Shown here piece after piece: positions 29,358-37,659 of a stretch of 64,000 nt of DNA. The notes below the pieces were generated by a model. It did not search any database and was not told the DNA's origin. It saw nothing but the letters and a program-made list of their open reading frames with translations. This DNA comes from Candidatus Nomurabacteria bacterium GW2011_GWE1_32_28 (lineage in GTDB: Bacteria > Patescibacteriota > Minisyncoccia > Phycocordibacterales > UBA9973). The stretch spans positions 61,260-125,259 of the forward strand of contig LBOM01000001.1 of assembly GCA_000989515.1 (NCBI GenBank). The letters run 5' to 3'. Position numbers and translations under genes: made by a program. Within the stretch, counting starts at the first letter, position 1. Every line of letters starts with the position of its first letter.

Positions 29358-29711
29358 ATGAGACATAGTAATAATAAAAGAAAATTTGGAAGAGATAAGA
29401 ATCAAAAAAAGGCTTTATTAAATTCCTTGGCACTTAATTTGATTGTGCGTGGAAAAATAAAGACGACAGAACCTAAGGCAAAAGAGCTTCGTCCATTTAT
29501 TGAAAAACTTGTAACTAAAGCAAAAAAGGGTGATATGGCAACACGAAGAATCGTTATTTCTAAACTTTCTAATCGTAGCAAGGAGGTTAAAAAACTTTTC
29601 GAAATTATTGCACCTAAATATTTAGATCAGAAGGGTGGATATACTAGAGTTTTAAAACTTGGAGCTAGGAAATCAGATGGAGCAGAGATGGCTTTAATAG
29701 AATTTGTATAA
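29358..29711 (+). CDS. rplQ: 50S ribosomal protein L17
   Basis: MRHSNNKRKFGRDKNQKKALL. Confidence 0.85.
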   Translation: MRHSNNKRKFGRDKNQKKALLNSLALNLIVRGKIKTTEPKAKELRPFIEKLVTKAKKGDMATRRIVISKLSNRSKEVKKLFEIIAPKYLDQKGGYTRVLKLGARKSDGAEMALIEFV

Positions 29712-29732
29712 TAAATTAGGTATTTTAAAAAA

Positions 29733-30101
29733 ATGAAAAAACAAGATAATAAAATTAAAGAAAAAATAATAAATGCAGAAGGAAGAACGTTGGGTAGAGT
29801 TTCTACTGAAATAGCATCTTCACTTATGGGAAAGACTAGTGCTTCATTTGAGAGGCATGTATATTCTGGTGGTCCTGTAAAAGTAATCAATGCATCAAAA
29901 ATAAAGATTACCGAGAAAAAATTAGATGAAATTTATCATACTAGATATTCTGGATACAGAGGTGGACTTAGAATATTAAAAGGAACAGAGACCAAAGAGA
30001 AAAAGGGTATGAGTGAGTTGGTAAAACTTGCAGTGTATCATATGTTGCCAGGTAATAAATTAAGAAGAGAGATGATGAAAAATTTAGTAGTTGAGGAATA
30101 A
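29733..30101 (+). CDS. rplM: 50S ribosomal protein L13
   Basis: 122 aa, similar to L13 by eye, adjacent to rpsI. Confidence 0.8.
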   Translation: MKKQDNKIKEKIINAEGRTLGRVSTEIASSLMGKTSASFERHVYSGGPVKVINASKIKITEKKLDEIYHTRYSGYRGGLRILKGTETKEKKGMSELVKLAVYHMLPGNKLRREMMKNLVVEE

Positions 30102-30106
30102 TTTTT

Positions 30107-30532
30107 ATGGAAAATAAAACAATAAAAGAAAAATATATTGAGGCAGTAGGAAGAAGAAAAACTTCAACTGCTAGAGTGCGTATTTGGAAATCAGTAAAAC
30201 ATATTTTTATTATTAATGAAAGAGATGCAAAAGAATATTTTAAAACAGAAGAAGAACGTCGTTTAATTGCAGATCCTATAATTAAAGGTTTGACCGGTGA
30301 AGAAAAAATTGATCATAAATGGAAGGTTGAAGTAAAAGTTTCAGGTGGAGGAGCCCATTCTCAAGCTGAAGCAGTACGTCATGGATTAGCTCGCGCCTTA
30401 GTTTTATCTGATATAGAACTACGTGGAAAGATGAAGACATTGGGATATCTTAAACGAGATCCTAGAGCAAAAGAACGTAGAAAATTCGGACTTAAGAAAG
30501 CTCGTAAAGCTCCTCAATGGTCTAAGCGTTAA
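30107..30532 (+). CDS. rpsI: 30S ribosomal protein S9
   Basis: GRRKTSTARVRIW ... GGGAHSQAEAVRHGLARAL ... C-terminal KRDPRAKERRKFGLKKARKAPQWSKR. Confidence 0.9.
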   Translation: MENKTIKEKYIEAVGRRKTSTARVRIWKSVKHIFIINERDAKEYFKTEEERRLIADPIIKGLTGEEKIDHKWKVEVKVSGGGAHSQAEAVRHGLARALVLSDIELRGKMKTLGYLKRDPRAKERRKFGLKKARKAPQWSKR

Positions 30533-30590
30533 AATTTATCTTTCTAAAATACCCCTTGAAAATAGGGGTATTTTTTGTTAGTATGAATAT

Positions 30591-31214
30591 ATGAAAGATA
30601 AAGAAGAAAAAGAAGATAATTTAAATGAATCTGTTGAAAATATTGAAGAAAATTCTGTTTCGTCAGATGATTCTGAAGTTCTAGAATTTGAATGGAATGT
30701 TGATGGTGAAGAAGATTTAAAGAAAACTTTAAAGAAATTTAGGGCTGATTTGAAAGAATGTAAACTTCAGAAAGAAGAATATCTAAATGGCTGGCAGAAA
30801 GAGCGTGCTGATTTTGCTAATTATCGTAAACAAGAAGATGACAGGAAAAATAATTTTTCAGAGGCAGTACGTGAACGCATCCTTACACGTTTCTTGAGTG
30901 TGTTGGATAGTTTTAATATGGCTTTTGCAAACAAAGAGTCTTGGAATAAAGTTGATGAGAATTGGCGCAAGGGAGTAGAATATATATATGCTCAATTAAA
31001 TACTGTATTTGAAGAATACGATGTAAAAGAAATTGGCATGGTGGGAGAAAATTTTGATCCAAATATTCATCAGTCTATAGATATGACAAAAACAGAAAAA
31101 AAAGAAGATAATCATAAAGTATCAGAAGTTATTCAGAAAGGTTACAAATTGGGCGACAGAGTAATTCGAGCTGCCCGAGTTAATGTTTTTGAATATAATG
31201 AAAACACAGAGTAA
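30591..31214 (+). CDS. grpE: nucleotide exchange factor GrpE
   Basis: An acidic N-terminus, a coiled coil, and the GrpE C-terminal beta domain (GENFDPNIHQSIDM...VIQKGYKLGDRVIRAARVNV). Confidence 0.8.
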   Translation: MKDKEEKEDNLNESVENIEENSVSSDDSEVLEFEWNVDGEEDLKKTLKKFRADLKECKLQKEEYLNGWQKERADFANYRKQEDDRKNNFSEAVRERILTRFLSVLDSFNMAFANKESWNKVDENWRKGVEYIYAQLNTVFEEYDVKEIGMVGENFDPNIHQSIDMTKTEKKEDNHKVSEVIQKGYKLGDRVIRAARVNVFEYNENTE

Positions 31215-32853
31215 AACATGTGAACATTGTAAAAATGAATTTACCATTAATGATGGTGAGCTTTCTTTGTATGAAAAAGTTGGTATAGAATTGCCGACTA
31301 TTTGTAATTTTTGTCGCATTAAATTACACTTGTCTTTTTGGATGTTTGGAAAATTTCGTAAAGGTAAATCAGATCTTTCGAGAAATAGTTTAATTACAGT
31401 ATTACCAGAGAAGAATAGATATCCTATTTATACATCTTCCGAATGGTATAGTGATAAATGGGAGGCTATGGATTATGGTCAAGACTATGATGGAAATAGA
31501 TCTTTTTTTGAACAATTACAAGAACTTCAAGAAAAAGTTCCTCATCCTCACCAAACTGGAGTTAAAAACACTAATTGTGATTGGTGTGATGATGTTTGGA
31601 ACTCTAAGAATTGTTATTTAGCACGTTCGATGGTAGGTTGTGAGCAATTATTTTATTCCTATAGAAACTATTTTGTTAAAAATTCTATTGATGTAGATGT
31701 TTGTTTTAATAGTGAAAAGTGCTATGACGCTGGAGAATGTCATCATTCATATAAACTTTTTTATTCTAAACATTCTCGTGATTGTATAGATTCATTCTTT
31801 TTATATGATTGTAAAAATTGTCAGGATTGTTTTATCTGTTGGAATTTACGTGGTAAATCATATTGTATAGAAAATATTCAATATTCTAGAGAAGAATATT
31901 TAGAAAAATTAAAGTCATTTAATCTTGGTTCATATAAATCAATACAAAATTATAAAAAGTATTTTGAGGAAATAGTTCAAAAAGAAGTAGTTCATAGACC
32001 AAATTTTAATTTCAAAACATATAATTCTTATGGTGATTATTTATTAAATTGTAAGAACTGTCATAATTGTAATACAATCAGTGAATCCGAAGATAGTTAT
32101 AATTGTGTTAGGGGAATTAGTCATAAATCTAATATTGACGCAAATGGTTGTTGGAATTCTGAATTATTAGGCAATTGTGCTAGTTGCATAGATGCTTATG
32201 CAGAAAAATATTGTGCCTGGTCATCTTCTCGATATTCTGAATATTTAGATTTATGTATTGAATGTGAATATTGTTTTGGTTGTGTTGGTTTAAAAAAGAA
32301 AAAATATTGTATTTTAAATAAACAATATGAAAAAGAATCCTTCGAGAAACTCAAGGCAAAGATCGTTGAAGATATGAAAAATAATGGAGAATATGGTCAA
32401 TTTTTACCATATTCTATGAGTGCTGGGCCGTTTAATTTTTCTAATAGTTTTTTATATTTTCCTGAAACTAAAAAAGAAGATATTTTAAAACTTGGTGGCT
32501 ATTGGGAAGATGTTAATGAAAGTGATATAGAGGGAGTGCCTACTAGTGAATTGCCTGATGACATAAAAGATGTGAAAGATTCTATCATAACTCAAGCATT
32601 AATCTGTTCTCTGACTGGCTGGCGTTTTAATATAGCCCAAAATGAGCTTTCTTTTTATAAAGAGAATAATATTCCACTTCCGAGATATCATTTTGATGTA
32701 CGAACAAAAAATCGTTTAAAATATTTAACAGTTTTACAAGCATATTCATATAAGTGTTTTTATTGTGAGAAAGAGGTGGAAGCCTATTATTTACCAGAAT
32801 GGAATTATCAAAAAATTGCTTGTGAAGAGTGTTATAAACAAAATATAAATTAA
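31183..32853 (+). CDS. large cysteine-rich protein, paralog 1 (multiple CxxC zinc-ribbon-like modules)
   Basis: 556 aa with about 45 Cys. N-terminal ribbon CEHC-x22-CNFC, repeated modules such as C-x2-C-x2-C-x2-C...KYCILNKQYEKE, and a C-terminal ribbon CFYC...CEEC. The start (31183 or ATG 31198) overlaps the grpE stop at 31214. Confidence 0.7.
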   Translation: MFLNIMKTQSKTCEHCKNEFTINDGELSLYEKVGIELPTICNFCRIKLHLSFWMFGKFRKGKSDLSRNSLITVLPEKNRYPIYTSSEWYSDKWEAMDYGQDYDGNRSFFEQLQELQEKVPHPHQTGVKNTNCDWCDDVWNSKNCYLARSMVGCEQLFYSYRNYFVKNSIDVDVCFNSEKCYDAGECHHSYKLFYSKHSRDCIDSFFLYDCKNCQDCFICWNLRGKSYCIENIQYSREEYLEKLKSFNLGSYKSIQNYKKYFEEIVQKEVVHRPNFNFKTYNSYGDYLLNCKNCHNCNTISESEDSYNCVRGISHKSNIDANGCWNSELLGNCASCIDAYAEKYCAWSSSRYSEYLDLCIECEYCFGCVGLKKKKYCILNKQYEKESFEKLKAKIVEDMKNNGEYGQFLPYSMSAGPFNFSNSFLYFPETKKEDILKLGGYWEDVNESDIEGVPTSELPDDIKDVKDSIITQALICSLTGWRFNIAQNELSFYKENNIPLPRYHFDVRTKNRLKYLTVLQAYSYKCFYCEKEVEAYYLPEWNYQKIACEECYKQNIN

Positions 32854-32854
32854 A

Positions 32855-32892
32855 AAGGTAGCAAACTCTGCTATAGCAGAGTTTGCTACCTT
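32855..32892. other. 17-bp perfect hairpin (AAGGTAGCAAACTCTGC-TATA-GCAGAGTTTGCTACCTT)
   Basis: It lies directly after the paralog-1 stop codon and has no trailing T-run. Confidence 0.6.
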
Positions 32893-33091
32893 GAATGATA
32901 TATGGAATACAAAGATGAAATAAAAAATATTTACCCCGTACTAATTTTTTATTTAAGTAATATAATGGTTAATATAATTAAACTAGATAAATGTTGATAA
33001 AATATGAATAAAGAGTTTAAAAATTTAGTACTGGGGTGTCAGAATCCCGAAGGAAAGCAAAGCTTCCTACGGAACAGGTTGTAAAAAAATT

Positions 33092-34864
33092 ATGGAAACT
33101 AAAACATGTCAAAATTGTAAAAACGAGTTTATCCTAGAAAAGGAAGATTTTAATTTTTATGAAAAGATAAAAGTCCCTCCTCCTACTTGGTGTCCGGAAT
33201 GTAGACTTATTCGTCGTTTAGCTTACAGAGAAGATAGAAATTTATATAAACGTATTTGTGATAATTGTAATGAAAATATAATAAGTATCTTTAGACCAGA
33301 CAGTTCAATTAAAGCTTATTGTCCAACTTGTTGGTATGGTGATAGTTGGGATGGAATAGAATATGGTAGGGATTATGATTTTTCTCGTTCATTTTTTGAA
33401 CAGTTCCATGAATTGCAAAAAATTGTACCAAACCAAGCTACTGGTTCAAAAAACTCAACGGATTGTTCTTATTCTAATAATAATATTCGTTGTAAAAATT
33501 GCACCCTTACTTTTGATGGTTTTCAATCCATAAATTGTTATAACTGCCAGACACCTCTTTTTTCAAGAGATTCTTTTGATTCTGATATAGTTGTTAATGC
33601 AGATCATGTATATGAGACATTAAATTCAACTGGTGTTTATAATACTAAATTTGCTTATTTTTCAGATGAATGCCTTGATTGTTCTTTTATCTTTAATTGC
33701 ATTGGATGTATAGATTGTTTTGGGTGTGTTAATTTAAGGAATCAAAAATATTGTATCTTTAATAAGAAATACACAAAAGAAGAATATAAAAAAGAAATAG
33801 AAAAATGGGATTTAGGAGATTATAAAATTTTAAAGAAAGCAGAAGAAAAATTTTTAGAGCTTTATTATAAAATTCCAAGACGTTTTTCTTTGATAACAAA
33901 TTCTTCTAATGTAATAGGCGATGATATAAAAAATACAAAGAATTGTAAGACTTGTTTTGCTACAAGAAATGGTATAGAAAATTGTAAGTATATATTTTTG
34001 AGCGGCTTATTATTGAAAGATAGTTATGATGTTACTTTTGGTGGAGATAATTCAGAAATTTTTTATGAAAAATCTGGAGGTATGCAATCTCAAAAATGCA
34101 TGTTTAGTAGAGCTTGTCATCATTCTAATGATGTACAATATTCGGATAAAATATATAATTGTTCTTATATTTTTGGTTGTTCAAAATTAAGGAATAAAAA
34201 ATATTGTATTTTAAATAAACAATATACAAAAGAAGAGTATAAAGAATTATTACCGAAAATTATAAAACACATGAATGATATGCCATATGTAGATAAAAAA
34301 GAAAGAATTTATAAATATGGTGAATTTTTCCCTACAGAGTTATCTCTTTTTGCATATAATGAAACATGGGCACATAAATATTTTCCTTTAACCAAAGAAG
34401 AGGTTTTGTATGAAGGTTTTAATTGGTATGATGAAAAAGATAGAAATTATAAAATAACAATGAAAACAGAAAATATACCAATTCACATAAAAGATGTGTC
34501 TGATTCAATATTAAATCAAGTAATAGAATGTGAACATAATAATAAAAATTGCAATCAACAATGCACAGGTGCTTTTAGGATATTATCTAATGAATTACAG
34601 TTTTATAGGCAGATGAATATAACACTACCTCGCTTGTGTCCAAGCTGTCGTTATGGACAACGTATAAAAAAGAAAAATCCTTTGAGATTATGGCATAGAA
34701 AATGTATGTGTAATGGAGTACAATCAAGTAATAAGGAATATAAAAATACTATAAAACATACACACGGAGATAAACCTTGCCAGAATGAATTTGAGACAGC
34801 AATAGATCCAGAGAGAAAAGAAATAGTATATTGCGAAAAGTGTTATCAAGCTGAATTTGTATAA
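33092..34864 (+). CDS. large cysteine-rich protein, paralog 2
   Basis: 590 aa, collinear with paralog 1. It shares the N-terminal CQNC...CPECR ribbon, the internal repeat KYCI(F/L)NK(K/Q)YTKEEYK and a C-terminal CxxC ribbon. Confidence 0.7.
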   Translation: METKTCQNCKNEFILEKEDFNFYEKIKVPPPTWCPECRLIRRLAYREDRNLYKRICDNCNENIISIFRPDSSIKAYCPTCWYGDSWDGIEYGRDYDFSRSFFEQFHELQKIVPNQATGSKNSTDCSYSNNNIRCKNCTLTFDGFQSINCYNCQTPLFSRDSFDSDIVVNADHVYETLNSTGVYNTKFAYFSDECLDCSFIFNCIGCIDCFGCVNLRNQKYCIFNKKYTKEEYKKEIEKWDLGDYKILKKAEEKFLELYYKIPRRFSLITNSSNVIGDDIKNTKNCKTCFATRNGIENCKYIFLSGLLLKDSYDVTFGGDNSEIFYEKSGGMQSQKCMFSRACHHSNDVQYSDKIYNCSYIFGCSKLRNKKYCILNKQYTKEEYKELLPKIIKHMNDMPYVDKKERIYKYGEFFPTELSLFAYNETWAHKYFPLTKEEVLYEGFNWYDEKDRNYKITMKTENIPIHIKDVSDSILNQVIECEHNNKNCNQQCTGAFRILSNELQFYRQMNITLPRLCPSCRYGQRIKKKNPLRLWHRKCMCNGVQSSNKEYKNTIKHTHGDKPCQNEFETAIDPERKEIVYCEKCYQAEFV

Positions 34865-35037
34865 TAAAATGAAAAAGATAAAAAATAAAATAGAATATTT
34901 AAAACAAGTTTTACCAATACTTTGGCAGACTATTAAATTTAGAGTTAAAGTATTATGGTATAAGATAAAAAATTAGCCCCCACAAGTTGAATTTGTGGGG
35001 AATTTGGAGATTTAGATTTTTGTGGTATAGTAAAAAT

Positions 35038-35059
35038 AAGGCAGAAATGCCTTTTTTTT
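35038..35059 (+). terminator. rho-independent terminator-like hairpin abutting ABC exporter start
   Basis: AAGGCA-GAAA-TGCCTT followed by TTTTTT. Confidence 0.55.
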
Positions 35060-36835
35060 ATGAAAAAAGATTATTCAAATTTACACCTTAGGTTGGTGTT
35101 AAAATATTATTGGCAAGTAATTAGGCATTTTAAATTGTCTTTTTTTACTGTTGTTATTTTTACAATAATTTTTTCAGCATTAGATATATACATACCTCTT
35201 CAATATTTAAAATTATGGAATGTTTTAAGCAATAATGATTTTGCTTTTATTGAATCTGCAAAATCTATAATTATTTTTATTTTATTTTTAAAAATAATTG
35301 GTTGGGCCATACGTAGAGTTTCAGGATTTTCTCTTGCTTATTTTGAGTCTGGAGTTATGGCAGGACTTCGTGAACAAGCTTTTTCTTATATGAGCAATCA
35401 CTCTTATTCATTTTTTGTAAATAATTTTACAGGATCATTAACTCAAAAAATAAATAAATATGCAAAATCTTTTGAAAGATTAACAGACAGGATGGCTTCT
35501 GATGGATTACCATTACTAGTAAGGGGACTAGGTGTATTTGTCGCTGTTTATACATTACTTCCTAAATATGCTTATATATTAGGAGTATTTTCTATAATAT
35601 TTTTGTTTACTGCCCTTATTTATACGAGATATAAAATTAAATATGATGTTATAGCTGCACTAGCCGATACTAAAACTACAGGAGTTTTGTCTGATTCAAT
35701 AAGTAATCATTCTTCTATTCAGATTTTTACTGGTCATTCTTATGAAAAAGAAAGGGTTAGTGAAACAATACAAGAACAAAAAAAAGCTACAGTTTTCAAC
35801 TGGTATTTATGGGAAGGACTTAGTTCTATACAAGCAGTTTATTCTGTTGCTATAGAATTTATTATTTTTTGGGTTGCCATAAAGGATTGGAGTTTGTCTA
35901 TTATTGCTTTACCTTTTATCGTTTTACTTCAGAGTTACATAATTCGTTTGATTGATAATTTGTGGAGTTTTGCTGGAATTATACGTGCATTTTATGATGG
36001 ATTTGCTGATGCTCAAGAGATGGCTCTTATTTTAGATACGCCTTATGAAATTATAGATAATAACCAAGAATCTATAAAAGACATAAAAGGAGAAGTTATT
36101 TTTGATGATGTGACTTATGTTTACAAAAATAATAATACAAAAGTATTAGATAATTTTTCTTTAACAATATCACCTGGACAGAAAATCGCAATTGTTGGTT
36201 CTTCTGGAGCAGGAAAGACAACATTTGTTCGTCTTATGATGAGATTATTTGATTTAACCTCAGGAAAGATTTTAATTGATAAAATAGACATTAGTAAAAT
36301 TACTCAACAAAATCTTCGTGAGCATATAGCTTTTGTTCCACAAGATCCTGTGCTTTTTCATCGTACCCTGATAGATAATATTCGTTATGGTAGAAGAGAT
36401 GCTACAGATGAGGAAGTCTTGATGGCTGCTCATTTAGCCCACTGTGACGATTTTATAGATCAATTACCTCAAGGCTATAATACATATGTAGGGGAAAGAG
36501 GTGTAAAACTTTCAGGTGGAGAAAGACAACGTGTAGCTATAGCTCGAGCTATACTTAAAAATGCACCGATTCTTATTCTAGATGAAGCGACATCTTCCCT
36601 AGATTCACATTCAGAATCTTTAATTCAAGATGCACTTATAAAACTTATAGGAGGGAAGACAACAATAGTAATTGCTCATAGACTTTCTACAATAAGACAA
36701 ATGGATAGAATTATAGTTCTTGAAAAAGGAAAAATTATTGAAGATGGAACACACGAAGAACTTTTAAATAAAAAAAGTGGTCTTTATAAAAAACTTTGGG
36801 ATCTTCAGGCTGGAGGTTTTAAAAATATAATCTGA
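35060..36835 (+). CDS. ABC exporter, fused permease-ATPase (MsbA/type I exporter family)
   Basis: Six-TM N-terminal domain, then an NBD with Walker A GSSGAGKTT, signature LSGGERQRVAIARA and Walker B ILILDEATS. Confidence 0.85.
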   Translation: MKKDYSNLHLRLVLKYYWQVIRHFKLSFFTVVIFTIIFSALDIYIPLQYLKLWNVLSNNDFAFIESAKSIIIFILFLKIIGWAIRRVSGFSLAYFESGVMAGLREQAFSYMSNHSYSFFVNNFTGSLTQKINKYAKSFERLTDRMASDGLPLLVRGLGVFVAVYTLLPKYAYILGVFSIIFLFTALIYTRYKIKYDVIAALADTKTTGVLSDSISNHSSIQIFTGHSYEKERVSETIQEQKKATVFNWYLWEGLSSIQAVYSVAIEFIIFWVAIKDWSLSIIALPFIVLLQSYIIRLIDNLWSFAGIIRAFYDGFADAQEMALILDTPYEIIDNNQESIKDIKGEVIFDDVTYVYKNNNTKVLDNFSLTISPGQKIAIVGSSGAGKTTFVRLMMRLFDLTSGKILIDKIDISKITQQNLREHIAFVPQDPVLFHRTLIDNIRYGRRDATDEEVLMAAHLAHCDDFIDQLPQGYNTYVGERGVKLSGGERQRVAIARAILKNAPILILDEATSSLDSHSESLIQDALIKLIGGKTTIVIAHRLSTIRQMDRIIVLEKGKIIEDGTHEELLNKKSGLYKKLWDLQAGGFKNII

Positions 36836-36920
36836 GAAAAATTGAATATCAAAAATTTTCTGGCGGACAAAACGAAGCCAGTGCCCGCAGGCGAAAACTT
36901 TTATATTAACTTTTTCTTTA

Positions 36921-37019
36921 AAAATATTAAATTTAAAAGATTTTAAGAGTCGTGTTTGTTCCCTGTCTTCACGGACTCCGAGTGCGAAGGCTTAGAAATC
37001 TTTTAAATTTAATATTTTT
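36921..37019. repeat. 23-bp perfect inverted repeat enclosing 53-nt GC-rich core, between convergent genes
   Basis: AAAATATTAAATTTAAAAGATTT at 36921-36943 pairs with AAATCTTTTAAATTTAATATTTT at 36997-37019. The core GAGTCGTG...CACGGACTC forms an inner hairpin. Confidence 0.6.
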
Positions 37020-37530
37020 TTATACTTTCTAAAAAAGCTAGTTTTGTTTCCTCATCAATTTTGTCTGTGACGATTATTATTAGTTCTGTTCCCAATTTTA
37101 AATCCTTTTTAATATTAGTAAAAAGATGTTCATAGGGTAGGGGAGAAATCCATACTGTATTTTTTATACAAGTAAAATTTGCTTTCTTTAAAAGATAACG
37201 TAATGCTTCACGTTCATTTTTTCTTTCTTCTGGAATATCTATAATTATAATTCTCCATAATCCATCCCAATTTGTAGAGACAAGAGCACTACCTCCTTCT
37301 AGTCTAATCGAGTTTAATTTGTTTTTTCCTTTTTTTGTAAGTTTTAAATAATCTTTATTATCAGATTTAAGTATTTCTATACAACCAGATTCTATCAAGT
37401 TTTTTATTGAACGTGTTAAAGCATAAGTTATTTTAGGATCTTCAGTATCCTTTATAGATTCTAATGAAATAGCTGGTTTTTCAGCTAAAATTTTAAGTAT
37501 TTTATTAGAATATTCAATTTTTCTTGACAT
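37009..37530 (-). CDS. small wHTH-containing putative transcriptional regulator with C-terminal alpha/beta domain, divergent from dnaK
   Basis: 173 aa. The N-terminal about 90 aa is winged-helix-like. The C-terminal WDGLWRIIIIDIPEERKNEREALRYLLKK...TVWIS resembles the PaaX / Cas2-like fold; this is by eye only. Confidence 0.4.
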   Translation of the reverse strand: MSRKIEYSNKILKILAEKPAISLESIKDTEDPKITYALTRSIKNLIESGCIEILKSDNKDYLKLTKKGKNKLNSIRLEGGSALVSTNWDGLWRIIIIDIPEERKNEREALRYLLKKANFTCIKNTVWISPLPYEHLFTNIKKDLKLGTELIIIVTDKIDEETKLAFLESIKKY

Positions 37531-37558
37531 ACTTATATATTATAATATATACTGTCGT

Positions 37559-37590
37559 TTGACAAGTATTTTGCGGTCACGAAATACTTG
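37559..37590. promoter_or_regulatory. dnaK promoter -35 (TTGACA) overlapped by 9-bp inverted repeat CAAGTATTT-N10-AAATACTTG (candidate operator)
   Basis: Perfect -35 hexamer at 37559-37564, with IR arms at 37563-37571 and 37582-37590. Not CIRCE. Confidence 0.5.
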
Positions 37591-37659
37591 CAAAATATTT
37601 AATTAAGGTATATTATATTAATATAATTAATAATTATTATAAATTTAACTAAGAAATAT

